64,000 bases of DNA from Intoshia linei. Lineage: Eukaryota; Animalia; Orthonectida. The stretch's first letter is position 1. Every line of letters begins with the position of its first letter. The stretch spans positions 1-64,000 of the forward strand of contig LWCA01000037.1 of the NCBI GenBank assembly GCA_001642005.1. Direction: 5' to 3'. The notes below the pieces were generated by a model that saw only the letters and a list, made by a program, of their open reading frames with translations, searched no databases and was not told the origin of the DNA. The translations under genes were made by a program, and so were the position numbers. Positions 1-14,144 of the stretch are shown in pieces.

Positions 1-420
1 ATTTTTTAACGTTACTAGATGAAAAATTCCTTTGTTTTGTGAGTAATTTCTTCATCATGCTAAAACTTCTTTATACACCGTTAGAAGTGGAAGGCCCATT
101 TCTCAATTGGCTGTACAATGAAGGAGGTTTGGACTGATCCATAGCTAACATAATTTTTTTGATATCATTCTTTTTTTATACAGTATGTAGTTGTATTTCA
201 CATGGATCAGAAATAAATTGTATTTTTTTTATTGTATCATATGCTTGATTAATAGTAAACGACTCTTTTGCCATGTCAATCATACCTAATATAAATTTAG
301 ATAAAATTTAGATGTATACACGTGCATTTGATACAAATTAAACTGCCGTCCTTCATTTTAAATTCATTTGGAAATATTCTTAAAATATTATTAATTTTTT
401 CTTGTCTCGACTTTGAAAAT
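1..420 (-). pseudogene. Degenerate hAT-type transposase remnant
   Basis: Minus strand reads ...PSTSNGV*RSFSMMKKLLTKQRNFSSSNVK, matching the hAT C-terminal dimerisation motif (P-x-T/S-x-x-x-V-E-R-S-F-S) with a stop replacing the E. The upstream piece (IFPNEFKMKDGSLICIKC) resembles an N-terminal Zn-binding segment. Frames are broken. Confidence 0.5.
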
Positions 421-907
421 TTGACTAAGATTCAGATTTGTAAAATTTAAAAACAATTCACAAGTAAATAATTGAATATTTCAAAATCTAACCTTACCAA
501 CTATTAAAAAAAATTCCAACATTTGGAAAAAATTTTAACTTTTCCAACCGTATTAACTTTATAAAATTTTAATTAGCCAATTAATATTGAAAATATTGGT
601 GCCATCATGCTGGAAATGTTAAACTATTTAACATATCAAATTTTAACTTTTCTGACTTTTGCTTGCTTTAATGATGACAAAAAAAAAATTCCGGCTTAAA
701 ATTCATTCCAAATAAACTAAAAGTGATAAAACGTATTTTTCTGGTCACTTTATAACAATTTCATAAAAAATACAAAAAACATTGTAAAATTGTAATTATT
801 TAGCAACAGATATAATACAAATATAGTTGATATGCAAAATATAAAAGATATCAATAAATTATACTGTTCAATTTGTTTATGAAAATTTGAAACATTTTAA
901 ACTTAAT

Positions 908-3900
908 ATGAATTCATCTAATCTTCAAGTATATCCTAATACTTATTCTGTAAATGATATGCACATTTGGATTTCAAAAATTACGAAAACGTCGTGTCGT
1001 CGTGAAGCTCTATTGGAATTGAGGTTTGTGACTTATAATTATGCCCTGGTTATCAACTATTTTTTTACATTTTTATTCGCACCAATGCATTTCAAATATT
1101 GGATTTCAATTGAATTCTATCGAGTCTATACTATATATGCTGTTCAAATTTTAAATTAAACGAATAACTATTAAGTAAATATATTATTAGTTAAATTAAA
1201 TTAAATAAATATTAATTAATTACCGTTAATTTTTTAATCTACCACTAATTTTTTTAAATTTATTTTACGATAAAAATTGGTATAGCACTGGATTAAAAAC
1301 ATGCACGATATTATACATTGCGTGAGATATTTATAGTTTCATAGTTTTTAATTTTTTCTAAAATGTAATTAATTTTCCTTTTTTAGTGTAAATGTGTTAT
1401 TCTCTCCAACGAGGAAGGGGTGAATTTAAGTATTCAATCGTAAATGTTACTTTATCAATAATTTGGCTAAACAGTCGTATTTTTTTAAACTTCTTATAAT
1501 TACTTTTTAACATTGTAAATTGGATTAATCAGATTATATATTTTCATTCTATTTATAGTTGATACATGACGTAGTGCATTTAGTTGAAAATGTTGTAAAT
1601 AAAGATTATCTAACATTGATAATAACAAGGGCAAATTTTTGGTTAAACTTGAAAAATTAATATCTCCCGTAACCAATTTTAAAATAAATTGGTCAATCTG
1701 GCCCAGGTGTGCATAACCTTTCCACCAATTCAGCCACAATACTACTTTTCTCATACATACATACATCTCTACATAATATATTGCATTATGATCAGATGTA
1801 TTGCCCACGACCGCACGTTGTACACCCGTGTCTAGCCACTACAGTGTAGAATTAGATGCAGTACCGAACCTATCATACAACGAAATCTTATTTAGGGTCT
1901 CGACGTAATTTTTGTTAAATGGTGACAATATTTTATTTAAATTCAGCTTTAAAATAATTATCTTCTTGAATATTAGAATTATTTTGTGTTAAATTTAAAA
2001 TTTCAATTTAAGAGTATTAGATAAGTGGCTGGGTCTATAATATTACAGTGGTTCCCAAATGGAGCTTGGCCTCACCAGGGGGCCTACTGAGTCTGAGGGA
2101 GGCTGCAGATATAAGAAAAATTTTATAATTAAATTAGAATCATTAACATTAATTTGATTTAGTATTTGATATTTAATTAATATTTTCTTGAAATTCGGAT
2201 TAATTTTGGATTATAATAAATTTAAATGTTATTAACTCTTACGAGACAATAACACGTATATAAACAAAAAAGAACAATCATAAATTTACAATTGTTTGTA
2301 TATTAGGCCATAGTAACTAGGGTGTCAACTATATTAAAGTATGATTTATAACGAAAATAGAACCAGGAATATTAAAAGATAACATTTTTTTAATCGCTGT
2401 TATATTAATATAATAAACATATTCACTATTTGTACTAATTGATTTTTTCTAAAAATATTTTTATATGGTTAGAGGGGTCGACAATATATTTTTTGGGGAA
2501 CAACTGGTCTATATGACACTTGTATCGTTTGAGAAACATTATTTTTAATTTTCGGTGAGTTAGGCTCAGCTTAGATCAGTGTTTCCCAACTTTTTGTAAT
2601 ATATTACCCATATTACAGCACTTATTTTGATATTAGCTACAATATTTTTTTAACTATATATTGGATGGTCAAGTTTTTAGAATAAGTGCTATATAAATTT
2701 TTTTTAAATCTAATTTTACAAATAGTAAAAGTATTAAAATCACTTCTTAATTTTATTTAAAAAAAGGGGAAATTGGGTTTTTGACATGAAAAACTCAATG
2801 TATGAAAATGTAATTTACACAAAAACATTACTCCCGCAAAACTATATTACAAATTTGATTTTTTTAAATTCTAGAATAGTTAATTTTTAAATAAACTGCA
2901 ACACATTCAATGTTATATGTGTAAAGAATACACATTGCTGCTCTTGAACACTATTTTTTTCTATGCTGAAAGTTTATCAATCAATATTCATTTATTACAT
3001 GACTCATTATTATATCATTTAGGGAAAATTACATTTTATGCGTTAATTGTGCATGCGATGCAAGAAAATAAAATATTTTCTCTATTTTTTTTGAACAAAT
3101 TTCGCGATTACGCATCAAAAATATCAAATTACCCACTGATTGGGAATTACTAGCTTAGATTCAACACTGCTTCAAATTTAAATTTTTCTGTGAATCATGC
3201 ATTTACATTAGTATTTGCCAATCTGGATAATCTGGAGAAGATTTACAAAAATATGTTGAAATTTTTTTTTTAAATGTCTAAATAAATAATAAACATCCTA
3301 CGGTCAATTAATTTTTTAATCAAAATGTACTTGGAAGGACGGATTTACATCAATATACATATTATTTTAGCCGTAACCGTGAAGCATTCAAAGACATGGC
3401 ACCACTTCTCTGGTATTCATTTGGTAATAATTTTATTATATATTCTTATTTTAAATTTAAGGTACGACAATGGCGTTATTGTATGAAGTTACCAGTGTTT
3501 ATCCTTTATTAAGAAAAAATACAATTGATGTAAATTTATATGTAAATTTCAATTTTATTATGAATGGATTATTATGAATAGTGTTTTGAACTGACCGAAA
3601 AATATCGGCTGTGTATAGCTCTACTCGAGTTGTTCTCGATTCAAATAGTGTACTAACCCCTAATTCAAAATAATTTTTTGGGTTACCCTTAAGGGTTTAA
3701 AATGGTATTTTTTATTAAATTGTATTAATGGTGGGATAAAAGTAGGATTTTTGATATAAATGGATGAATTTCCAATATCTGGCAAATTTAATAAATAGTT
3801 AATACATTTTTTATATACTTTATTTAAATCTCACGGACCCCAGGAATATAGTTTGAACCCCAAGGGGTCCAGGGATCCCCAACTACTGCTCTACTCTCGT

Positions 3901-5903
3901 TTATTTCAATTTTAATCTTCGGTTCTGATATCAGGATTTTGACGTATTTGCTGTTAGAATTAAATATTCTGGTTTGGGAGCAATGAATAAATTTAAGAAT
4001 TTAGGTTTTCAATGAAACTTTAATGTAGGGATTATCAATCTTTTTTGAACCATCGCCCATTGAATATAAAAAAATTTCAAAGTTTGCAAGATTATTTCCC
4101 TATCCCAAAAACAGACTATTATTATGACTATTGTGATTACTATTAGTACGGACTCTAATTAAATTATATAATTAAAAATAAGCAAATAATTTTTTGCTTG
4201 TTAAGGTTCACTTTTACTTTTTCCAATAATAACAAGATTTTTATTTGACTTTGCGTATCAAACTTTTTTCCCAATTTTTTTTTTTGTTACAATATATTTT
4301 TTATTTTAATCACTTGACTCTAGCATTTTAGTAAAAATTGTGATTTCATTTCATGAATGTAATTCATTTGTAAATCATAAGTAAATTATATTATCAATTT
4401 GAAAATAAATTACCCTATATAGACGATAGCGCCCAGGTTGAGAATCCATGATTTAACCTATCGATAATATTCCGTTTAATTGTTTTTTTAGCATGAACGA
4501 TCGAATCGTGTTTGTAATGCTCTATCATTGTTGCAATGCATAGCTTCCCATCCTGAAACCCGAATGCCATTTATCAAAGGTATCATTAGTTATTTTTTAA
4601 TACTATATACTCCAAATATGAATAAATATTCTTTTATTCTGACTTGTTTAGTAGTTTTATTAATTTGATTATTATTTTTTTGTACTGTTTGTATTGGAAT
4701 GATGACTCCATGAAAAATTAATTTGAAAACATTTTTTGAAAGAATGAGTATTTACCAACCTCGGTTTACATTCTTTTGGTAAATCGGGTGCACCAACTTT
4801 TTAAAATCACTTTAGTCTCAAAAAATATATACAAAAGTCATAAAACTTTGTCAAAACTAATGTCAAATGTATATACCCGGATAAGATGACAATTTGTAGG
4901 ATGGTTTCATAAATTTGATACAGATATCAACGAGACATCTGTATGTAAATATTATATTCTGCTATAAAATTAAAATTTCAAAAAGTGACAACAATTTTAT
5001 ATACGTTTTTTGTTTCCTAATTTTCAATACAGACATTACGGGAACCTTTTATTCGTTTTAATCAGGTATACTTGTACTGTAAACTGCAGTAAGTCATACA
5101 TTGTAATTGTAGTTATTTGCCAAGTATTAAGTTGGTCGCACCCGTATTTATTTATACATTGGTATTCATTTTTAAAATTTTTCTTCACTTAATGAGTAAA
5201 ACAAATACTAATATATTTCTTAGCCAATATTCCCTTGTATCTATACCCTTTTCTATCGTTCAACAACAAAAAGAGTCGATTTTTTTCCTATTTGCGATTG
5301 ACCAGTTTGGGAGTTATTGGTGCATTGGTTAAGGTAGCTTTAAATAAGGTAAATGTTGTATTTATTTTAGAATGACGATCCTGAAGCAATATCCTTTTTT
5401 TTAAACACAGAAATTATTCCGTTTTGTCTAAAAATAATGGAATCTGGCAACCAACTTTCCCGAACAGTACTACATCCATTTTAGTATTGATATATTTTGA
5501 TTAGGTGAGCACTTTTATCGTTCAACGCATTTTGACCGACAACCGTGGATTGGAATATGTGTGTCAAACATTCAGTAGATTTAATCACGTAGCGATATGT
5601 CTGGTATTGATATTTTTAATTGATTATATTCAAAACTAGAGAAACTTGATAGTCAATGGTCATATAGAAGAATCTAACCAAAGGTTACTTAAACATATTG
5701 TAAAATGTTACGAAAGGCTGGCTGACAATGAAAAGTCATTTTTATTTAAACGTATTTTACCTTATTTTAGAGCCCGCGAAGCACTGAAAGATGTCTTACC
5801 TCTTAAAATAAGAAACAAGTTGTTTATTGAGACGATAAAAGATGAATCGGTGAAAAATATAATTTTATCAATTCTCCATAAAGTGGGATTGGAACTTTGT
5901 TAA
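908..5903 (+). CDS. CNOT9: CCR4-NOT subunit 9 (Rcd1/Caf40), multi-exon
   Basis: Exons at about 908-1023, 3371-3423, 3462-3528, 4492-4579, 5224-5333, 5371-5466, 5505-5603, 5640-5735 and 5771-5903 join via GT-AG introns. They give [77 protein letters not shown] and [16 protein letters not shown], all diagnostic Rcd1 motifs. Confidence 0.95.
2577..3152. mobile_element. hAT-family MITE in CNOT9 intron 1
   Basis: Imperfect TIRs CAGTGTTTCCCAA ... TTGGGAATTACTA, flanked by a perfect 8-bp TSD GCTTAGAT (2569-2576 and 3153-3160). Confidence 0.85.
3627..3888. mobile_element. Short hAT-like MITE
   Basis: Perfect 8-bp direct repeat CTCTACTC at 3619-3626 and 3889-3896 around degenerate termini (GAGTTGTT ... 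AACTACTG). Confidence 0.6.
4787..5147. mobile_element. Tc1/mariner-type MITE
   Basis: Inverted repeats CGGGTGCACCAACTT ... AAGTTGGTCGCACCCG-TA inside a CNOT9 intron. Confidence 0.55.
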
Positions 5904-6753
5904 AGAATAATTAATGTTGTAAAAATTAAACTGTAAAATATTTTAATACGACTTTGAAAATTTATTTTCATCATCGTGCGTGATTTTACGTCCTCAAATG
6001 CACTCACTCTGTGTTTCATACTACGAAATTTAAGTCAAATTTTTAGCTAAATGTGTTAGTCATAGAATCAGCACGTTACCAAGTGTAGTTAATAGTACGC
6101 AAAAACTAAACTAACATTGAGCAATGTGTCCAATTAGAGACAAACTGGTATGCTAGACAAATAAAACTTGCGCCGTTTAGTAGATATGAAATATAAAAGA
6201 ATTACAGTCAAATTATACAAACTTGTATTAACGCTCATTTGTCTACAATACTTTGTCGCAACAGTTGAATATCAAGGTAAGTTTTTAATACATATCTAAA
6301 TGAATTGGGCATTTACTTTGAGCAAATTGATACTTTATTTCTAAATTGTGCATTTTGAGAAACTTTATTAATTTAACAATAAAGATTTTAGTGTTTTGAT
6401 GAATCGAAGTTTTATTTTCCAGGATCAATAGTAATCTCGTTTATGTTGTATCTGAGATTATGTTTTATTTTGACTGAAATTTAATTGATCTGTTTGCATA
6501 GTTTCCTTGATTCGAATTCGGAGTAAATAAATAAATTTTGTTGGTATGTTTTCAAGGTTAAAACCAGGGACGTAGATCCAGGAAACCAATATCTATGATA
6601 TTGTATTGTAATTTGTTTCTAATGTATCGATACAAGCAGTCGCGAGGGCTGCAGTTTTTTTAAAATGTAAATATTTGAAATTTAAGTTCAAAGCTACTTG
6701 TAAATAAAATATTTTATACTACATCAGTCTAATTAAATTTTAGACTTGAAAAT

Positions 6754-8999
6754 ATGTCTACCGAAACTACAGAATTCAAAATCAACGAAGATAAAGACTT
6801 TAAACCGCTCATTGATGATGACTTACGAATAAAACCAACTACAGATTCTTCTATGCAAATTGAAAATAACCAAGTTATCGATACCAAAATTAATGGAAAT
6901 GCTATTGACCTTAAAAACCAATTGGAGTTGAATGGCTTAAACCACAGTATTTCTTTCGAACCTAAACCAGTAATTTTCATTTGAAATTTGAATATATTTT
7001 ATAATTATACTTAGGAAATTGTTGACAATGACTTGGTGTATATTGAAAATAGAAATTCACAATTACTGGAAATGGCTAATGCTTCCGACATGAACATTAT
7101 TGGGGAAAACGGCGACGAGGAAATGCAATATATCGTTTATAAAATTGGAGATGACGCATCAGGACAAATCAAACTTGAACAATCTGATAACAATGAACCT
7201 CTCGTTATTATTATGGAACAAGATATTGCAAATGGAGTCGTGATTGAAGAAGAAAATGGGACTACAATGCAAACGATTGGAAATGTGATTAATGACGGTA
7301 CTACCAATACCTTTGTATGTAATATATGCAACCGTGTCTTTAACAAATTCGCCATTTATAATAAACACATGTCAACACATACTAGTATTATTGCCAGTAA
7401 TGCGGACAAAAAGTTTATTTGCGAGGTTTGCGGAAGGCGTTATCTTTACGAAAGGAATTTACGTGATCACCAGCAACAAGGGCACGACAGTGAATGTAAG
7501 CCCCATAAATGTCCGTACTGTGATAAAGGATATGATTTGGCTAACAATTTGAAATATCACATGATTTGGTGCACATCTGGGGCCAAAGCTAATGACATTG
7601 AAAGGATTGAACTGAGATCTATTGTTAACCAAATGAAAGTAGATAAAATTAAAAAAACTGTTTCTTGCGTTTATTGCAATAACGTCGTTTCCAATTTGCA
7701 AAGTGTCAAAAGACACATGTGGATTACTCATAAAAAGTTTCTGAGTCTAGATTACCCACTGAGATGCCCAATTTGCAAAATTATGTATGATTCCTCCTTT
7801 GATTTTCTGATTCATTTGAAGTCTTGCACAGGTTTATATTTATTGGGTGTACAACTTGGAAAATGGGTCAATTAACTTAATAATTTAAATGGTTGTACAC
7901 CCTATTGTGTGTAATTTATATATTTATTTTAATTATCATTTTAGGGACTGTTCAACTAATTGCCGGTAGTAATGAAATAAAAACTTTGGCAATGTCAGAA
8001 ACTCTGGAAAAGGAAAAAATGGCACTACTTAATAACGTGGACTATGCCACGATTGTCACTGATGTTGATTCTTCTAACGGTTATCGATGTGGCCTATGTA
8101 ATTATGTTTCCAGTACTTATGGTGGTACCAGACGACATTACTTTAGAACTCATGAAAATAAACCCATTCCACAACCCAATTCTCTAAAATGTACAATTTG
8201 TGAAACCTACTTCAAATCCCCTGGAGGTTTAAAAGCTCATATGCGCCATCATAATGGCAAAGTAAGCAGTACTAAATTTTCTCTCAAGTGTGCAGATTGC
8301 GGCCGTTTATGTGCCACGCCGTATGCTTTACGAGCTCATAGGCGAATTCATACTGGAGAAAAACCATTTAAATGCGAAATTTGCTCTAAATCTTTCAGAT
8401 TTTCTTCCGAATTACCAGTTCACATGCGTCTCCACTCTGGATCCAAACCCTATAAATGTGACAAGTGTGGTCGCTCTTTTCACCAATCCAGTAACTTTAG
8501 ACGTCATGAATATACTTGCAGTTCAGGTTTAGTGCCACCCCCACCAAACAGCATATGTCACATATGTAACAAAAGTTTCTCTCATAGTTCTAGTCTTACT
8601 GCTCATATGCGCATTCATACCGGAGAAAGGCCTTATTTTTGCAAACATTGCGGAAAAACCTTTGTTCAAATGTCAAATAAAAAACGCCACGAGATGAGCT
8701 GTGCCGGGTGTCAAGGTTCTTCCATGATTTGTCCCGTTTGCAATCAATTTTATAATGGAATGGCTAGTCTTAGAGCTCATATGCGACGGCATTCTTCAGA
8801 TTCTGACAAGAAAATGTACCAATGCTGCAAGTGTGGCATTAGTCTAACTACCGCCAACGAAAGAACAGCACACGAGGGCACCTGCGAAAACACAATCATT
8901 GTATTAACTGTCAATTCATCAGATGCTTCAGAAGTACCTGCAAATGTTACGGAAGAAGAGGTGATTAATTCAACTACTATGGTCAATAATGTTTTGTAA
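6754..8999 (+). CDS. Multi-C2H2/C2HC zinc-finger protein (3 coding exons)
   Basis: Exons about 6754-6969, 7015-7831 and 7945-8999. Acidic N-terminus, more than 12 CxxC...H-x3-5-H/C fingers, and canonical linkers HTGEKPF and HTGERPY. Confidence 0.9.
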
Positions 9000-9515
9000 T
9001 TTGTATTTTATTTTTATATTAAATTTTTAATTTTTGTATTTTATAATAAATTTTAGTTAGTTTTATATTTTAAGATTTGTATTTTTCTGTTTCGAATAAT
9101 TTTTGAAAACACTTTAAACAAATATTAAAATGTTTCATTTTTTACCAATATTTTATTTAATGATCTTAAGGTTTTAATAAGTTCGTATCAACATTTCATC
9201 ATACACCAAAATTTCTTTACTAAATTTAAGTTAACCAAATAAAAATATATTTATATTAAAATATAGAATCGTTTGTAATCTTGGAACATTTTCAAATATC
9301 AATGTGCTTTTTCTTATCAAAATTGTAGGTGTGGACCAAATTTTATTTATTTCACAATTGCGCCCTGTAGTAAAAAAGGTTAAGAAACATTGCCCTATAA
9401 TAATTAAAGTTTCGTGTAATTTTCTAATATTTACTTTAACTTGTTACTTTTTATACTATGCAATGAATGTACATGGTTTAATGCGTCTAAATGTGATAAT
9501 CAATTAGCGTAGAGC

Positions 9516-10279
9516 CAGCGTTTTCAACAAATGAAACTAGTGATTTAGTTTTTAAAAGATATATAATGATGTAATTTTAATTATATAAATATTTTTCTAT
9601 TCAAGAAAATTTAATTATGCTAGAAAATGTTTTTCATTTATCACAATTTTAACACTGATACATTGAGATTAAAATATACACGAGTTATTTTTAATGTGTC
9701 CAATTTTACCTTTTATAAAATGAGATGTACATTGTACAGTGTAATAAAAATTTATTAGTCCTACAAATCAGGTTTATCGCGCGAGAAAACATTGTTTACT
9801 AAGAATACATAAAAAACGTTTTTCAAATTAACGGGTTGAAAGTTTATAAAGGAATAAGTATTATAATAGATCGAAATATTTTAAACACTGTTTATAACCC
9901 CATTGTTTCATGACGGTTAGATCCATATCCGTTGATAGGTGGGTTGTGGTTATATGCAATGTATCCCCGTTTACAATTTTTGAGGTTTATTTTAGATTTA
10001 TGGTGCCTCGAGCATTGGTATGCTTTGTGATCAATAATTATTGTATTATAATCGTGTTGGGATAAATTAATCGCAAAAATTAGTGTGGAACACTTTGAAC
10101 TGATATTTAATGAAAATAATAAATATATCTTAAATGCTAACAATTAACGAATGAATTATTGTAACTGAAATAAATAGACTATTTTTGACTTGGAAAATGA
10201 TATACTGGAAACATTATATATTCATGTCATCACGAAAAATTTTTTTATGTCGCCTAGTGAAACGGGTTTGAAAGCACTG
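9516..10279. mobile_element. hAT-like MITE
   Basis: Termini CAGCGTTTTCAAC ... GTTTGAAAGCACTG resemble the other hAT MITE TIRs in the window. The TSD is degenerate. Confidence 0.5.
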
Positions 10280-11213
10280 ATCTATTAAAATAAATTATAA
10301 GTATTTATTTGTATAATTAAAATTATTGATTTGTTGATCAAAATTAGGAGTTGATAATGTTTTAGAAATCAAGCTGGTCTGTGACCATTTGGCGCAAATT
10401 ATTTAAGAAACCCATCATTATGTGATACCGTATGATGTAAATTTTGTTTATTAGATTTCTGTGGTTTTTAATTTGAAATATAGCCGTATTTACCTGGATT
10501 ATGAGAACTCAGAAGATGCAATAACTTCATAACATCCGTTATAAATATAGATTTCACGCTTTAGAAATGTATAATAAGCGTCCGTATAATGAAGGTTGAC
10601 TAACAGTGATTAACCTGCGTTTAACATTAAATATCCTTACTTATATAATATGCTACGCAATATTTGTTTGCGTATGTGTTCCACTTTATTTCAATAACTA
10701 CCTTTTGTAAGTTTATAATCTTAGAATTTTATAAAGTTTTGCTGGTATAAAAGTATAAAGTTATTTTGCTGGAATTTATGACAATTTTTAGGATTGGACT
10801 GTTTAACCTAGTATATTATAATATGTTGGCGCAATAATTATTGCACCATATAAAATTTTTAGAAAGATTTCGTAAAGTTACCACAGGGAAACTAGATCAA
10901 CCTTTTTTAGATTCTAAAATGTTAGGAGTCCAAGTGGGTTGCAGGTACTAATTTTCCAACATACGTCAAGATATGAACCATACTAACACCTTCCGGGGAT
11001 CGACAAAATATCAGTACATATGCAAATTAGTTGTATTGATTGTGTGTATATATTTTCAACTTTATGAAATGCCAATAAATATATAATTATTGTAGACCTG
11101 TCTTTATTTTTGGTGATGACTTCGCATATAGTAAGCTCAGCTCTGCATACAAATTTTTATATTGTGTAAAATTATTATTATAAAAATATAGGATAAAGTT
11201 ATTTTTAAATAAT

Positions 11214-13703
11214 ATGATTGAAACTTCAACAGAAAATTCTTCATCATTATCACAATTGCAGAATATTAATGTAAATATTGGTGAACACAACACAGAAATA
11301 TGTTTAAAGAGATATTCAAATTGTATATTGATGTTGATTACCCAGACTGGAACAATAAATAAAATTGTTTATTTAAAATATATTGTTTATATTAATTTTT
11401 AGTTTGACTACTCTAAATCAAAATCTATATCAAATTTATCCATAAATAAACAATATACAGGCCGTATGGTACTGGGAACATCAGATAATTTGGTAACATT
11501 AATTGATCTAAATAATAGTATTCTTTTATTGGACTAATACTTATAATATTAATACGATTAATAAATAATAAATTATTATACGGTTAATCAATGATGTAAT
11601 TAATTATATAGTGTATAAGTTATGGTATATATTCCCCAAGAACATAAATGTTCCTTAAATGGAATATTTGGTAACTTCGGAGTTCCTAGGAATTCAATTT
11701 TTTGTAGATGTATTTTATTTCCTTATTTATTTTATCTTGTTATATTATATTAGCATGTGTTTGACAACATACAATACATGTATGTAAAGTAAGAATATAT
11801 ACATCTACGGCACCCTGACTACAACTAAAATAATCATTAAATATCATCAGTTGCTTATATAACAATGAATGTCTGTGTGTATTACACACTAACCATTTAT
11901 TGAAAAAATGTCATTTTGAATAAAAATGTAATAAAACATACATTCTGGAACGCGTTTTAAAATCATTAAGATTGCCGTTAATCTCAAAAACGCATACCTT
12001 CATGATCAATATCCCAACTTACCCTTTGTTTTAAAAATGAAACACGTCATAAAATTTTTTTAAACATAAATTCTGGGATAGTTTTTAAAATCATAAACAT
12101 TTTCATAAATGGAAACATCAAAAAAAATAATTTTTACGATCAAAACCCACATTACCAATTTTTAAAAAAAACAGCCCTAGGATTTAAAAAAATTGTAGAT
12201 GGTAGTTGTATCCTGTTAAGACACACAAAAAATTTTAATCTGAATAAGTGACACCTTCACGGTCAAAAAAGTACTTTAAAATTAATTTTTTTTTTATTTT
12301 GAAACTATTTTATTATAACAAAAAATTTGAAATAATAATTAATAGTCCTACAATTAAAAAAAAAGATTATTCTGATAGAGCTTATTCCATTTGATATAAA
12401 TATAAAATTTCAACCCCAGAAGTTTGCATTTCCGGTGAAAAATAATTTTTAATATATTACAAACCAATATTTTTCAAATGTTGGATTAAAATTAAAAATA
12501 ATCATCCTACAATTTAAAAAAAAGTGTTCATTGAACGTAGCACGATTTACACGATTCTACACATTTACAATATATAAATATGGGTGGAAATCTATTTAAT
12601 TGATTCCTTCGGGATTTTTTTCATTTCTACGCAATTTTTGATTCTCATTTTCAAAACATTTTGTTTAAAATTTAAACTAAAAATACAACAACGAATTACT
12701 AAAAGTAATACAACTTTGTTATTATCATTTTTATATTATTACAATCGGTTTGCAATATTGGTAAAATTCATCTGAAATATGTTTTTAAAGTGCTGATTCC
12801 GTTAATTATTACATATTTGGTATTTTTAATTATTTATTAAATTGGTACTGAATATATATATAAACACATTGAAAATTACAAAATAGGTTTTTACAATTTT
12901 ATTTTTTCTGGAATTTATCTTATTTATGACAATTTTTAGGATTGGACTGTTAATACTTTATTTTTAATATTCACACATTCTGTCTAATTAATTAAAAAAA
13001 TGAAACAATTTTTGTTAAAATTCTTTACACAAACGTTAACAATAAATTTAACGTATAATATTTAACTTTAAATTAAACGGTAATGTGATATTACGGGTCC
13101 ACGTGTAACAAGTTTAGAACCAATCCTTTAAATGATTGATAATGGTCAATAGTAGCATTTTTAGGTTAAATTTTCTTAATGAATTTATTTTTCTGGTAGA
13201 ATAAAATGTCCGCCCTTTGCAGAGCTATGATGCTGTTTGTACGAAGTACATAACAGTCAAGCTAGTATGTGATATAGAGTGTTCGGCGAATTGACCAATG
13301 TAATATGTCAAAGACTTTCATTAATTGATGTAGATTCTATGTGATATAATGTAAAATTATATTCCATCAATATAACTTTGATATATCAAACACATAATTT
13401 TTGTTAGCATTGCCGTAATTGTTTTAAAATTCTCAAAATATAAACAATGAAAGTAAAATATAACCGTACTATGTAGTCTATTAGAAAACATATAGATATC
13501 AACTACATGTGTTATAATTTATAACATTATATTAATTACACTTATTTTAGAATGAAATTGAATCATATTGTGATTGTTTGGTGAATAGTTTCAATTTTAA
13601 ACACGACAGTCTTCGTTTAATTTTGAGCCTTAAAGATGAATCCGCAAATACGTTTAAAAAAATTATAGAAATATGTAAAAAAGAAATAAATTATAATTTA
13701 TGA
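11214..13703 (+). CDS. PSMG3: Proteasome assembly chaperone 3 (PAC3)-like
   Basis: Exons about 11214-11366, 11403-11491 and 13551-13703 give ...TEICLKRYSNCILMLITQTGTINKI / YTGRMVLG / LRLILSLKDESANTFKKIIEI. This matches the PAC3 pattern (ILVVVTQFGKMG, TKVLLG, LLAVAVKD) and its ~130-aa size. Confidence 0.75.
11843..13265 (+). mobile_element. Non-autonomous Helitron-like element (5' boundary approximate)
   Basis: 3' hairpin CTGTTTGTAC-GAA-GTACATAACAG followed by CTAG|T at 13262-13266. Internal sequence is shared with 20700-21335 and 52230-52513. Confidence 0.7.
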
Positions 13704-14144
13704 ATTACTCTCAATAGCGATAATTTATTGAAATCGATCTACCTACATTTATTAGTAACTAGCCTCACTGTTATGTAGTTCAACCATTCTCTACGGGGTC
13801 CATAAAAATTTTAGTTAAATTATTTACAAAAATAAAACAATGATATTTCCGCAATGATTTCTAATTAACTCCAACTAAGTAAAAAAATAATAAATATGCT
13901 CCGCGATACATTTTATAATTTATTAACGGGCCGCCGTGAAAAAAGTGTAGGAACCCCTGCTGTATCCCATATCCTCGTCTTGAGATTACCATATAGTTAT
14001 GCAGTATTGCAGATATGTAGTATACACTGTATACTATACAGTGTTGTATATAGTACAGAATATTTTAGCGTTTTAATTTATTACATTTATCCATAACAAC
14101 CAACTGTCATGACAATAAACTTTATTTCCTGTACAATATAAAAT

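Noticed and set aside
9892-10143. 83-aa ORF with a hydrophobic N-terminus
   Set aside because: It lies within a MITE, starts at TTG and has no recognisable homology.
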